A DNA stretch of 61,865 nt, filler included. It is 6 parts of 6 records of this genome, joined end to end, with 100 filler letters (N's around TTAATTAATTAA, not from the genome) between each part and the next. Parts side by side here need not be neighbours in the genome. Positions count along the whole stretch, not along the records: positions 1 to 7,646 come from SRR31156797_17383; positions 7,747 to 20,800 come from SRR31156797_17392; 4 more parts are not named here. One strand, 5' to 3'. Position numbers and translations under genes: made by a program. The notes beneath the pieces were generated by a model, which did no database searches, was not told the DNA's origin, and worked only from the letters and a program-made list of their open reading frames with translations. Shown here piece by piece: positions 1 through 10,372 of this stretch. Each line of letters starts with the position of its first letter. Position 1 is the first letter of the stretch.

Positions 1-2715
1 ATGAGCAATGTTTCCTATCATTTCACCCATCGAAGCTAGTTTTAAATGATTTTCAAAAAGTTTTAATGAAGTAACATCTTTTGTTACAAAAAGAAGTCTT
101 TTTTTATCTGGTAATATTGAAATAGTCATATTTACTTTTATTCTTTTTCCATTGCTTCCTAAATAAACCTTTTCAAAGTTTTTTACATACCCTTTTTTTA
201 AAACTCTATTTAAGATAGATGTTGTTTTATCTTTATATTCAGGTGCTGATAAACTTATAGATGAGTTAACAAGTATTTTCTCTTTTTCTAAACCTAACAT
301 TTTTTCAAAAGCTTCATTACACTCTAAAAAGTTAGTTTTTAAATCTGTTATTGCTATACCATCTTTTGAGTTTTTGAATATAGCTTCAAACTCTTGCTTT
401 TGTTTTTTTAATTTTCCTAAAAAATAAAGAATTATAAGAAAAACGATAAAAAAAGCACCAATAATTTTGTATATCAATGAATAATTTACAGTCTCTTTAA
501 CGATTAAAGATTGAACCCATTTTGCATGGATGTCTTTTCTTTCAATTTCTGTTATTGAATTCAATGATTTATTTATAATTGATAAGAGTAAAGGTTTCTC
601 TTTCTGAACTAAATATTTATGTTCAAAATTAAAATTTGCTAATCCACTGATTTTTAAATTTTCCAAATGCAATTCGCTCATATAGTATAATGAAGTCGCA
701 ATATGTCCAACAAAGGCATCAGCATTTCCACTCTCTACCATTATTAAAGCTTCTTTAATAGATGAAGATGTTACTAGATTTATATTTGGGTAAGAGTTTA
801 TTAAAAAATTATAGCTAGAATAGTTTTTAGGAACAACTATAGTTTTATCTTTTAATTCTTCTATTCCTTGAATATAGTTATACCTATCATCTGTAACAAT
901 AACCATTGGATATTCACTATAAGTATCACTAACCAAACCTTTATTTACTTCAATTGAAGTATTTCCAATTCCAGGAATAATATCAATCTCTTTTTTATCA
1001 AATTTTGATAATACATCTGTCCAATTTTTTGAAGGGATAAATTTAAAATCAATTCCTGTTCTTTGAGCAATGATGTCTAAATACTCCCCTAGAATACCTG
1101 TCATTTTTCCATTTTCAATTATAGAAAGAGGCTTCCAGTTTACTTCACTATATTTTATTGTTGGATTATTTTTAATAAAAGTATTTTCTTCTTCTGTAAA
1201 ACTTACTTTTAAATTATTTTGTTTTTTATGAAAATTTTCTAAAATCCATTTTTGTTTTAGCTGCGTTATTGTTGAAAAAGGGATTGAATCCAATGTTTTA
1301 TTGATAATAGATGCCAAAATTGGATTTTCTTTTCTTATTCCAAACCTTAAATCCTCTTTTTTTGCTTCATCATGTCTAAAAAGACCAATAGGCTTAATAC
1401 CTTTTATCATAAGTTTTTCAAGTCTATAGATACTCATTGTACTAGTAATTACTGCATCAATATCACCATCTCTAAGTGCATAAAACTTATCGTTGTTTGT
1501 ATCAAACTCTACAATTTCTATATCTTTATTACTTTTTAGAACATCAATTAAATATGACTTTTTTACAATTCCTACTTTTTTGCCAGATAATGAATCCAAG
1601 CCTATATATGTTCCAAAATCATCTTTTGCGAAAACACTGATAGGTATCTCATAATAGGGTTTAGTATATAAGGTAAAATTCGCTCTTTCTTTTCTATAAG
1701 ATATTTCACTTATCATATCTATTTTATTTTCTTTGAACTTTCCAAATACTTCAGGCCAGGTTCCACCAACTTTTTCAAATTCTAAACCACTTTTTCTAGA
1801 AATGATTTCTAATAAATCTTGGGTAAATCCTATTTTTTCATTATTGTAATCAAAACTAAAAGGAATATATGTATCAATTGAACCTGTTAAAACTTTTTTT
1901 GAATTTTTAATGAAATTTTTTTCTTCTTCTGTAAACTCAATTTCTTTATAAACACTATCTTCAGTTTTAACAACCCAAGTACTTGATAAGTCTGAAATAA
2001 ACTTACTATCAATTGCATTTAATGATTTTTGGATAATAGACTCCAATATAGGTTTATCTTTGTTTACACCAAATCTTAAATCCTCTTTTTTTATAGACCT
2101 ATATTCATCCATAGCTTTTACAGTAATCAATGAGTTTTCATTGATTGATTTTATTCCAGTTGTATATGAAGCTAAAAAATAATCAACTTTTCCTGTAACT
2201 AAAGCTTTTGCTTTATCATCACTTGAATTATATTCAATTACTTCTATTCCTAATTTTTCAAGTTTATCTTTATAAAACAAACTTTTTGACACTCCTACTT
2301 TTTTGCCTATTAAACTTTCATTATTTAAGTAATTGTTATCATTTTTTAGTCCAAAAATAAATGTTGGTATTTTATAATAAGGCTCAGTGAAAAGTGCATA
2401 TTTTGAACGCTCTTTTGTATATGAGATTTCAGTTATTACATCACTTGTTTTATTTTTAAAATCTTCTAAAGCTTTTGACCACCTACTAGTAGATATATCA
2501 AATTTCAATCCACTTATTTCTGATACTTTATTTATTAAATCAACTGTAAAACCTCTATGTGTGTTATTTGAGACATATGAGAAGGGTTGAAAGGTATCTA
2601 ACATAGAGACTTTTATAGTTGGATTATCTTTAATCCACTTTTGTTCTTCTTTAGTAAAAATAGAATTAGCAAAAACTATTGTAGAAAAAAAAATAATAAG
2701 CAAAATATGATACAT
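1..2715 (-). CDS. Sensor histidine kinase, 3' truncated: signal peptide, three periplasmic solute-binding (SBP_bac_3-like) repeats, TM, PAS, start of HisKA
   Basis: Not in ORF track. Hand translation from ATG at 2715 gives MYHILLIIFFSTIVFANSIFTKEEQKWIKDNPTIKV; the same frame ends at the window edge with KLASMGEMIGNIAH, the H-box typical of Campylobacterota kinases. Three FTxEE repeat starts near 2655, 1935 and 1200. The middle was not translated codon by codon. Confidence 0.85.
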   Translation of the reverse strand, partial: MYHILLIIFFSTIVFANSIFTKEEQKWIKDNPTIKVSMLDTFQPFSYVSNNTHRGFTVDLINKVSEISGLKFDISTSRWSKALEDFKNKTSDVITEISYTKERSKYALFTEPYYKIPTFIFGLKNDNNYLNNESLIGKKVGVSKSLFYKDKLEKLGIEVIEYNSSDDKAKALVTGKVDYFLASYTTGIKSINENSLITVKAMDEYRSIKKEDLRFGVNKDKPILESIIQKSLNAIDSKFISDLSSTWVVKTEDSVYKEIEFTEEEKNFIKNSKKVLTGSIDTYIPFSFDYNNEKIGFTQDLLEIISRKSGLEFEKVGGTWPEVFGKFKENKIDMISEISYRKERANFTLYTKPYYEIPISVFAKDDFGTYIGLDSLSGKKVGIVKKSYLIDVLKSNKDIEIVEFDTNNDKFYALRDGDIDAVITSTMSIYRLEKLMIKGIKPIGLFRHDEAKKEDLRFGIRKENPILASIINKTLDSIPFSTITQLKQKWILENFHKKQNNLKVSFTEEENTFIKNNPTIKYSEVNWKPLSIIENGKMTGILGEYLDIIAQRTGIDFKFIPSKNWTDVLSKFDKKEIDIIPGIGNTSIEVNKGLVSDTYSEYPMVIVTDDRYNYIQGIEELKDKTIVVPKNYSSYNFLINSYPNINLVTSSSIKEALIMVESGNADAFVGHIATSLYYMSELHLENLKISGLANFNFEHKYLVQKEKPLLLSIINKSLNSITEIERKDIHAKWVQSLIVKETVNYSLIYKIIGAFFIVFLIILYFLGKLKKQKQEFEAIFKNSKDGIAITDLKTNFLECNEAFEKMLGLEKEKILVNSSISLSAPEYKDKTTSILNRVLKKGYVKNFEKVYLGSNGKRIKVNMTISILPDKKRLLFVTKDVTSLKLFENHLKLASMGEMIGNIAH

Positions 2716-2805
2716 AACTAGTTAAACCTTAATTAAAATATAATATTATATTGTAATATAATTAAACTAATTTAACTGTATCATATTGTTCTTTATCAAA
2801 AAAGC

Positions 2806-3690
2806 TTATACAAGAGTAATCTTATCGTTCATTATTTCAAGTTCTTTTTCAGCAGATATTACAATATTTGGATCAACTGTAAAATCAACTCTTTCATCTC
2901 TACCTTCATAATCAACTTTATTTAGAATTGTTTTTATTGCATTATATCTTGACTCAAATTTATTATCACTTCGTATAATTGTCCAAGGTGATTTTTTGGT
3001 ATTTGTTTCTTTTAACATTCTATATTTTTTTGATGTAAATTCATCCCATCTTTCTTGCATTTGCAAATCTATTTCACTAAGTTTCCATTGTTTTAAAGGA
3101 TTTTCTTCCCTTTCATCAAACCTTCTTGCTTGTTCAACTTTTGACACTGAAAAATAGATTTTTAAAAAGTGGATTTTATGTTCTATTAAATCTTCTTCAA
3201 ATCTAGGAACTGTTTTCATAAATGTTTCGTATTCCTCATCACTACAAAAACCAAATACAGGTTCTACCATTGAACGGTTGTACCAAGATCTATCAAAAAT
3301 AACTATCTCTCCACCTTTTGGAAAATGTTGAACATATCGTTGAAAATACCACTGACTTCTTTCAACATCAGAAGGTTTACCTAAAGCAACAACTCTATAA
3401 TGTTTTTCATTCATATATCTTGTGATTCTTCTAATAGCACCACCTTTTCCTGATGCATCTCTTCCCTCAATCAAAATAATCATCTTTTCATTTTTCTTTT
3501 CTAAATGGTCTTGAAGTTTTATAAGTTCAACTTGCAGTACTCTTAAAGCTTCCTCTTGCGATCTATATTGATACTTTTTATGTAATTCTTTTAAAAAATC
3601 TTCGTTAGGTTCCTTTTTTAGTTTTTCTATAAAGTTTTCGTATTCTAAAATATCTTTTACATCTCTTTTATATAATTTTTCAATTTCCAT
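2806..3690 (-). CDS. ppk2: Polyphosphate kinase 2
   Basis: EGRDASGKGG Walker A, FDRSWYNR and WKLSEID motifs. Confidence 0.95.
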   Translation of the reverse strand: MEIEKLYKRDVKDILEYENFIEKLKKEPNEDFLKELHKKYQYRSQEEALRVLQVELIKLQDHLEKKNEKMIILIEGRDASGKGGAIRRITRYMNEKHYRVVALGKPSDVERSQWYFQRYVQHFPKGGEIVIFDRSWYNRSMVEPVFGFCSDEEYETFMKTVPRFEEDLIEHKIHFLKIYFSVSKVEQARRFDEREENPLKQWKLSEIDLQMQERWDEFTSKKYRMLKETNTKKSPWTIIRSDNKFESRYNAIKTILNKVDYEGRDERVDFTVDPNIVISAEKELEIMNDKITLV

Positions 3691-3751
3691 AATCTCTCCA
3701 AAAATAATTAATTAAATATACAATAAAAGTATTACAATTTAGTTATAAAGT

Positions 3752-4315
3752 CTAAGCAGTAAAGTTTTTGTAGTTTGCTAAGAAATAAAATATTACAGAA
3801 ACCTCTTTATTTGACCAAAGATATTCTTTACATAAATCATCTCTTGACTTATCAATATCAACATCAAGTTCATATTTTCGAATGATATCTCTCATTAAAC
3901 TTTTGATATCATTTTCTGATGCATTTAAAAGCATATCATGAAATACTTTTTCTTGATTTGGAAGAATTAGTTCTTCATTTTTTTTATAAACCATCAGCAA
4001 CATTGATACTTGCCAGTTATGCCATTCTTTCTCTTCAAATTTATAATTATCCATTTTTTTATAATCAAAAACTTTAAAAGAATCATATACTTTTCTTGCT
4101 ATGTCTTTTACTTCAACCACTGACATTTTTTCTATTGGCAAAGGTATTTTTAAATTATAAGTATTTGGTAAAGATACAAAAAAATCTTTTTCTCTTGTTT
4201 CAATCTTAACTTCAGTCTCATTACTTTTATTTAATATTAAAATAATAATTATAACTAGTACAATTACAACAACTAAAACAATAATTGAATAAAGAATAAA
4301 ACTCAAATTATTCAC
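3752..4315 (-). CDS. Hypothetical protein with N-terminal membrane anchor
   Basis: 187-aa ORF with hydrophobic N-terminus; overlaps the lpxH stop by 4 nt. Confidence 0.7.
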   Translation of the reverse strand: MNNLSFILYSIIVLVVVIVLVIIIILILNKSNETEVKIETREKDFFVSLPNTYNLKIPLPIEKMSVVEVKDIARKVYDSFKVFDYKKMDNYKFEEKEWHNWQVSMLLMVYKKNEELILPNQEKVFHDMLLNASENDIKSLMRDIIRKYELDVDIDKSRDDLCKEYLWSNKEVSVIFYFLANYKNFTA

Positions 4316-5007
4316 AAATCTTCCCCTATAAAATCTTTTTTTAATCTAGTATATTTTTTGCTACAACATAATGATGGGATATTTACATAAAGCTTATTGT
4401 CTTTTTTAAAACTTTTACCTTGATGAAAATGTCCTTCGATTACAATATCTGAGTCATATTTGTCTAATCTTTTTTTTGCAAATTCTTCAAAATTTCGCAT
4501 TACACTACAGATGTTTTTTTTGATTAATGAATTATAAATTTTTTTAGAAATTAAATTTTTAAAATCTATCAAATTCATAAAAATTAAAAAAATATGATTT
4601 CTTATTATTTTACAATAAACATTATAATGCCAAGGCGTATAAATATCTCCATGGGAAATTTTTACAGTTTTATCTTCATATTTTGCCATTAAAGGTTGTT
4701 TTTCTCTTTTTATGACTTTAACATTAGGGAAAAGCGCCTTCAAATTATAATCGTGATTTCCCTCAAAATAAATTATCTCTATATTCTTAGAAAGTTCATC
4801 AATTATATCAATTAACTCTTGGTTTTTTTTAATAAAATATTTACTCTCACCTGAAATAAAATCAAACATATCTCCCATTAAAAATAATTGAGATGTTTTA
4901 ATCTCACCTTTTTCTAATTTTATTAAGAACTGTTTGAATTCTTGGTTTTTGTCATTGTAGTGAGAATCTGCAACAAAAACAGCTTCCTCTTTTAATCTAA
5001 AACACAT
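4312..5007 (-). CDS. lpxH: UDP-2,3-diacylglucosamine diphosphatase (metallophosphoesterase)
   Basis: ADSH, GDMFD, EGNHD, SHGD and GHFH metallophosphoesterase motifs. Confidence 0.85.
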   Translation of the reverse strand: MCFRLKEEAVFVADSHYNDKNQEFKQFLIKLEKGEIKTSQLFLMGDMFDFISGESKYFIKKNQELIDIIDELSKNIEIIYFEGNHDYNLKALFPNVKVIKREKQPLMAKYEDKTVKISHGDIYTPWHYNVYCKIIRNHIFLIFMNLIDFKNLISKKIYNSLIKKNICSVMRNFEEFAKKRLDKYDSDIVIEGHFHQGKSFKKDNKLYVNIPSLCCSKKYTRLKKDFIGEDL

Positions 5008-5096
5008 AAGCTGTTATTGATATATTTTAGTTTTATTAGTTAAAGGCTTGAATAAGCCTTTATTGTCACAAGTTATTTTATAAAATGGCATATCCA

Positions 5097-5582
5097 TTAT
5101 AAATCTAATTCCTTATAAGATACACTTAATACCTCAAACACTTTTTGACCACCAGGTAATGTTGCAGTAATTTCATCCCCTTCTTCTTTTCCTAAAAGCT
5201 GTTTTGCTAAAGGAGAGTTAAAAGATATAAAACCTTTATCTGCATTTGATTCTACTCCACCAACTATTGCATAAGTAAATTCTTCTTCTGTATCCACATC
5301 TAATAATTCAATTGTTGAACCAAAACTTACTTTTTCATGTGGTAAATTTTCTGGGTCTATAATAACTGCTTTACTTATTATTGCTCCAAGTTCTGCAATT
5401 TGTGCATCAATTAGTGCTAATTTATCTTTAGCAGCATGATACTCTGCATTCTCTTTTAAGTCTCCAAGTTGTCTTGCTTCATCAAGTGCGATTACTGTTT
5501 CAGGTCTTTCTGTATTTTTTAAAAAGCTTAATTCACCTGTAATTTTTTCATACCCTACTCGAGTCATTGGCTCTTTATCCAT
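5097..5582 (-). CDS. greA: Transcription elongation factor GreA
   Basis: GDLKENAEYHAAK and ISFNSPLAKQLLGK motifs. Confidence 0.95.
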   Translation of the reverse strand: MDKEPMTRVGYEKITGELSFLKNTERPETVIALDEARQLGDLKENAEYHAAKDKLALIDAQIAELGAIISKAVIIDPENLPHEKVSFGSTIELLDVDTEEEFTYAIVGGVESNADKGFISFNSPLAKQLLGKEEGDEITATLPGGQKVFEVLSVSYKELDL

Positions 5583-5653
5583 TAAAGCCTCCCTATTAAT
5601 TTTTGTTTTGATAATATTTGATATAATAGCGAAATTTAATTAAAAGAGTAGAT

Positions 5654-6295
5654 ATGCAAAGATATGATAGAACTATAAAACTATTTGGAGAAGAAAACTT
5701 CAAGAAGTTTCAAAACACTAAGCTTATTTTATTAGGTGTTGGAGGAGTTGGGAGTTTTGCTTTAGACTCACTTTATAATACTGGTATAACAAATATAACA
5801 ATTGTTGATTTTGATACTTATGAAGATTCAAATATGAATAGACAATTGGGAAGTCATGGAAATATTGGTAGGACTAAGGTTGAAGCTTTGAAAGAAAGAT
5901 ATCCTGAGATTACTGCAATTCATGCAAAAATAACTCCAGAATGGATTGATGAGTTTGATTTTTCACAGTATGATTTAATACTTGACGCAATTGATGATAT
6001 AAAACCAAAGGTTCACCTTATACAAAAATATTACACAAAAGTTATCACAACAAGTGGAAGTGCTAAAAGGCTAGACCCTAGTAAAATCGAGTATAAATCA
6101 ATATGGGAAACATATAATGACCCATTTATTAGAAAAATTAGATATGAATTAAAACAAAGAGGTTTTAAAAAGAAATTTAAAGTTATTTTCTCAAGTGAAA
6201 ACCCAAACTGCATAGAAAAAGGTAGTTTTGAAGCAGTTACAGGTTCATTTGGATTTATGATGGCTTCTTTAGCTGTTAGAAAGATATTAAAGTGA
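5654..6295 (+). CDS. tcdA: tRNA threonylcarbamoyladenosine dehydratase (ThiF/E1-like)
   Basis: LGVGGVGS, DFD..SNMNRQ, DAID, DPF.RKIR and VFSSE motifs. Confidence 0.85.
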   Translation: MQRYDRTIKLFGEENFKKFQNTKLILLGVGGVGSFALDSLYNTGITNITIVDFDTYEDSNMNRQLGSHGNIGRTKVEALKERYPEITAIHAKITPEWIDEFDFSQYDLILDAIDDIKPKVHLIQKYYTKVITTSGSAKRLDPSKIEYKSIWETYNDPFIRKIRYELKQRGFKKKFKVIFSSENPNCIEKGSFEAVTGSFGFMMASLAVRKILK

Positions 6296-6374
6296 TAAGA
6301 CAAAATAATTTTTTAAAGTTAAGTATAAGATAAAAAGCAATATAATTTAGCAACTAAGCATATAAAGGGTCTTC

Positions 6375-7277
6375 ATGAGTGGTATTAATAGTGTTGAACA
6401 AATGACGCAAGGTCATTTAAGAAATGTTCAGCAATTAGCTGTATTCTACACTGGTCACAATAACATTTATGCAATTAACATTGCAAAAGTTAAGGCATTT
6501 ATAATTACTGAAGAAGTAGCTATAAATGACACTCCAAAAAATACAGATGTAATTGCTGGTATCGCAACTATTAGAGGTGAACCTGTTACACTTGTAAATC
6601 TTGATGCATGGCTTGGTCACCCAAAGCTAGAATTAAAAGATTATAAGTTAATTATTTACTGTGAATTCAATCATAAAAAAGTTGGTTTTTTAATCAGAGA
6701 CATGCTTGATATTGTAGAAAAAACTACAGAAGAATTAAGACATTCAGAAGAGACTAACTCAAAAATTACATATACTACATATGTAAAAGTTCATGGTAAA
6801 GATGAATTATGTACTGTATTCAACGCAGAGCAACTTCTAAAAGATTTAGGTTGGGTTAATGACGGAGATGAAGTTTTAAATAGATATGTTGAATCTGAAT
6901 TCCAAACTTCTAAACTTATTCTAGCGGCAGAAGATTCTGGCGTAGCAAGAGAAGTATTAACTAAATTTTTCAAAAAAGCAAATGCTAACTATGAAATCTA
7001 TGTAAATGGAGCGCAGCTTCTTGAAAGAATAGAAGAATTAGGACCAGATGGTATAGGTTTAATTATAACAGATATTGAAATGCCAGAAGCAGATGGATTC
7101 CAAGTTGCTACATTTATAAAATCAAAAGATGAATACAATCATATTCCTGTAATTGTAAACTCATCAATGACAACTGATGCTGTAAAAAATAAAATGATAA
7201 ATATTGGTGTTGATGGATTTATCGGTAAAACTGATATTCAAGCACTATATCAAACTGTAAAACAGTTTATTAACTAA
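6375..7277 (+). CDS. cheV: Chemotaxis protein CheV (CheW plus receiver domain)
   Basis: YAINIAKV CheW-like N-terminus; AEDS, TDIEMP and NSSM receiver motifs. Confidence 0.92.
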   Translation: MSGINSVEQMTQGHLRNVQQLAVFYTGHNNIYAINIAKVKAFIITEEVAINDTPKNTDVIAGIATIRGEPVTLVNLDAWLGHPKLELKDYKLIIYCEFNHKKVGFLIRDMLDIVEKTTEELRHSEETNSKITYTTYVKVHGKDELCTVFNAEQLLKDLGWVNDGDEVLNRYVESEFQTSKLILAAEDSGVAREVLTKFFKKANANYEIYVNGAQLLERIEELGPDGIGLIITDIEMPEADGFQVATFIKSKDEYNHIPVIVNSSMTTDAVKNKMINIGVDGFIGKTDIQALYQTVKQFIN

Positions 7278-7308
7278 AAAAAGATAAGAGTTAATCTCTT
7301 ATCTTTTT
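7278..7308. terminator. Bidirectional intrinsic terminator between convergent cheV and argH
   Basis: AAAAAGATAAGAG-ttaat-CTCTTATCTTTTT perfect inverted repeat with A/T tails. Confidence 0.75.
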
Positions 7309-7646
7309 AACCATTCTTCAAATACTTTAATTTGTTCAACAGTCTGAATAGTTGATGTCCCACCAAATGATGTTCTAGCATTCATAGAGTTTCTTAAATC
7401 AAGATACATAACAATCTCTTCATCTATATTTTTTAACTCTTCATTTGCACCTCTAATCTCATCTAAAGTTAATTCACTAATATCCTTATTTAATGAGTTA
7501 GCACAAGCTACTACATCTTTTGTAATATAATATGCAGTTCTAAAAGGCATACCTTGTTTTTGAACTAAGAAGTCAGCTAAGTCTGTTGCACTTAAATGTC
7601 CAATTTTACAAGCACTTTCCATTTTATCTACATTTACAATCATAGT
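7299..7646 (-). CDS. argH: Argininosuccinate lyase, C-terminal fragment (cut by contig end)
   Basis: [20 protein letters not shown] and GGTS motifs. Confidence 0.9.
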   Translation of the reverse strand, partial: TMIVNVDKMESACKIGHLSATDLADFLVQKQGMPFRTAYYITKDVVACANSLNKDISELTLDEIRGANEELKNIDEEIVMYLDLRNSMNARTSFGGTSTIQTVEQIKVFEEWLKR

Positions 7647-7746
7647 NNNNNNNNNNNNNNNNNNNNNNNNNNNNNNNNNNNNNNNNNNNNTTAATTAATT
7701 AANNNNNNNNNNNNNNNNNNNNNNNNNNNNNNNNNNNNNNNNNNNN
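7647..7746. other. Artificial contig spacer
   Basis: N44-TTAATTAATTAA-N44; composition and gene content change across it. Confidence 0.98.
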
Positions 7747-7856
7747 CATTTTTTCCATCCACCGATAGCAGCCTGTGATGCTATACCGGTACCTAAAGCT
7801 GAACCTAATGCTGCAAGACCTAATGCCGCAGCTGAACCAAACATTCCAAGATCCAT
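7747..7856 (-). CDS. atpK: V/A-type ATPase subunit K (proteolipid), N-terminal fragment
   Basis: Not in ORF track. MDLGMFGSAAALGLAALGSALGTGIASQAAIGGWKK after an AGGAGA RBS, directly downstream of subunit I. Confidence 0.88.
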
Positions 7857-7879
7857 ATTATTTCTCCTTTGATCTTATT

Positions 7880-9706
7880 TTAACTTTGTGTTTTATATTT
7901 TTCATTGAAAGGTTCGTATTTGTAACCCTTCCATTCCAATCCTAATTGTCCACTGAACTCAAGCAAGTTCAAACGGATACCATGTACCATCACGGATAAC
8001 AAACCCATAATGATATTCAATCCATGACCAATGAGCAATACGATGATACCTCCGATCATGGCGGGACCATGCATCATCGGTTCCGCAATGCCATTAAAGC
8101 TGGATGCGATCGCGACAGAGGCCATCCCCACTGCAAACAAACGAATATAGGAAATGATATTCGAAAACGACGAGATCGAGTCGAGGAAAGTATTGAATGC
8201 TCCCCCTAGCCCACCTGCGACACCTTTTAAGAAACTTTTTCCTTTTTCCTGAGCACTGAACAGAATAACCATTAGGAAACCTCCCAATAGCAGCGGGAAA
8301 GCATAGGCAGGCATGGACATGCCTAGGACCAAATTTAGAACCAGTGAAAATGCACCCACTGTTAGCCCAAGCCAACCGAGATGTTCAAATGCTTTAAGGT
8401 TTGGCAGATTATCAATGAAATTCATGATGCTGGCCATACCTAACTGAATGATAGCCAGAATAAAGCAGATCAGTTGTACTCTATCTTGCGGGTTCACCGA
8501 CAACTCAGGAAATACTTCGGGAAAAGAAGCGATCTCAGGAATGATCAGTGATTTGAAGAAAGGTATGTGAGCTATTTCAACCGAACCAAACCATGTTCCT
8601 GTAATAGCTCCCCAAATAATGGTTGTGCTGCTCAGGACATACAATAGAATGACCGCAGAAGGTAACTTCCCGCCATCCCTTTTTATTTTAATTGTCGCAA
8701 AAAGAGAAGCCAGCATGAAGATCACACCGTAACCGGCATCCCCAATGATCATGGCCACAAAAATGGCAAAGAATAGAAGAAAGTACATTGAAATGTCTTT
8801 TTCTCTATAACCGGGTACTGTTCCGAGGAAATCAAAAACCGGCTCAATGATCTTGACCCATTTTGCTGTTTTAAGTTTTGTAGGTGGATTATCTTCTTCA
8901 GAAGGTTCTTCTTCTACATAACCCCAACCGTTTTTCACAGCCGCTTTTTCAATATCTGTTGCTGCTTCGCTGGGTACAAATCCCTGCAGATAGGCAATGG
9001 ATTCAATCATTCCCAAGCCATTCTCTATGCCTGCAAATTGTTTGTCCTTGATCAGACCATCCAGATAGACCTTGATCAGGTCAATATGACGATGATGTCC
9101 GTCAATTATCTTTGAAATTGCGGTCAGTTCTTTTTCTATCTCTTTGCTACGGGAAACTACCTCTTTGTATGGTAATTCCGGTACACTCACCGGACGATAA
9201 TCCAGAGTTTCTTCAGGATCATGACTGACCATGGCGATCTGGACCTTGTCTTTGCTTTCCGATAGGGCAAAAAGATTCTCATTACTTTCAACTTCCTTCC
9301 AGGCTGTGGGAGAAAGTTGATATAACTTGATATAAAATCCTTTTTCTTCAAGTGCATTCAGATCAGCAAGTGAAACCTTGCTCCACTCTGCATACCAGTT
9401 TTCAGCTTCTTTCAGTATGTCAAGTTCACGATCCAATGCTGAGCGCGACTGCATTTTTTCAAGAAGTTCGTCTATGATCTTGCTCGCATTTCCACTACCC
9501 TTTTGCTTAGCTTCATCTGCTTCTCCAAGCAAATGAAGGACGCGTTTGGTTTCTTCAATGCGGGTTTCGATCTCGCTCATATCACTTGAAGGAGGATTTT
9601 GAATCGGTTTTACATGCAAAACACCCAACTTGCGAAGGTCTTTCAATGCCTTTTTGGCATTCGCCTCAGCGACCAGCAGGGTAATTTTTGACATTTTTAC
9701 GATCAT
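7880..9706 (-). CDS. atpI: V/A-type ATPase subunit I (NtpI)
   Basis: GDAGYG, ISYIRLFAVG and HGIRLNLLEF motifs. Confidence 0.95.
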   Translation of the reverse strand: MIVKMSKITLLVAEANAKKALKDLRKLGVLHVKPIQNPPSSDMSEIETRIEETKRVLHLLGEADEAKQKGSGNASKIIDELLEKMQSRSALDRELDILKEAENWYAEWSKVSLADLNALEEKGFYIKLYQLSPTAWKEVESNENLFALSESKDKVQIAMVSHDPEETLDYRPVSVPELPYKEVVSRSKEIEKELTAISKIIDGHHRHIDLIKVYLDGLIKDKQFAGIENGLGMIESIAYLQGFVPSEAATDIEKAAVKNGWGYVEEEPSEEDNPPTKLKTAKWVKIIEPVFDFLGTVPGYREKDISMYFLLFFAIFVAMIIGDAGYGVIFMLASLFATIKIKRDGGKLPSAVILLYVLSSTTIIWGAITGTWFGSVEIAHIPFFKSLIIPEIASFPEVFPELSVNPQDRVQLICFILAIIQLGMASIMNFIDNLPNLKAFEHLGWLGLTVGAFSLVLNLVLGMSMPAYAFPLLLGGFLMVILFSAQEKGKSFLKGVAGGLGGAFNTFLDSISSFSNIISYIRLFAVGMASVAIASSFNGIAEPMMHGPAMIGGIIVLLIGHGLNIIMGLLSVMVHGIRLNLLEFSGQLGLEWKGYKYEPFNEKYKTQS

Positions 9707-9722
9707 GTATAGCCTCTTGCGC

Positions 9723-10334
9723 TTATGCGCTTGCTTCTAATTTTTTCTTGTTGATCTTGTTCTTGGATATCTTACCGCGAACAACTGCGGCCGTATCCTG
9801 ATCACCCATAAAGATCTGGATCTTCTTGATCGTTTCTTTTGTACGGGGGATCATCACTTTATCGAACAGATTGATGCGTTGTACCGTGGTACGTAACTCT
9901 TCCTGGATCAAAGTTTCCTGCTCAGATAGGATCTCCAGTTCCTTTTCAAAGGCTACTGTTTCTTTAACGGCCTTTACACCGGAATCCACCCAGAGAGGAT
10001 ATGCCATCAGATCATAGCTCTTTTCTTCGAATTCAAGTTCTTTGAAAAGAGGAATGTTAATACCGGCAATATTACCGGTCTCTGTGACAATATTCTTAAG
10101 TTCCAGAAGCGAAGTTACATCCACGTCTTCCGCGAATACACCGATCCACTTTGACAACTGCGCTTTCAAGGTATCTAAATCACCTTGTTTAGCATGGATC
10201 TCATCGTGTACACGACGGATCTCAGCCAGCAATTGTTGTTTTTTCAACTCAAGGGTCGGCAAATAACGCGTGAAGCGCTTTAAAGCATCTTTCTGCTTTT
10301 TTAACTCATTTTTTGTTAATTTTATCTTTGCCAT
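9723..10334 (-). CDS. atpD: V/A-type ATPase subunit D (NtpD)
   Basis: LPTLELKKQQL and QRINLFDKVMIP motifs; operon position. Confidence 0.95.
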   Translation of the reverse strand: MAKIKLTKNELKKQKDALKRFTRYLPTLELKKQQLLAEIRRVHDEIHAKQGDLDTLKAQLSKWIGVFAEDVDVTSLLELKNIVTETGNIAGINIPLFKELEFEEKSYDLMAYPLWVDSGVKAVKETVAFEKELEILSEQETLIQEELRTTVQRINLFDKVMIPRTKETIKKIQIFMGDQDTAAVVRGKISKNKINKKKLEASA

Positions 10335-10372
10335 ATATTCCTCTCACAGTCCGTAAACTGCGTGAATTGAAA

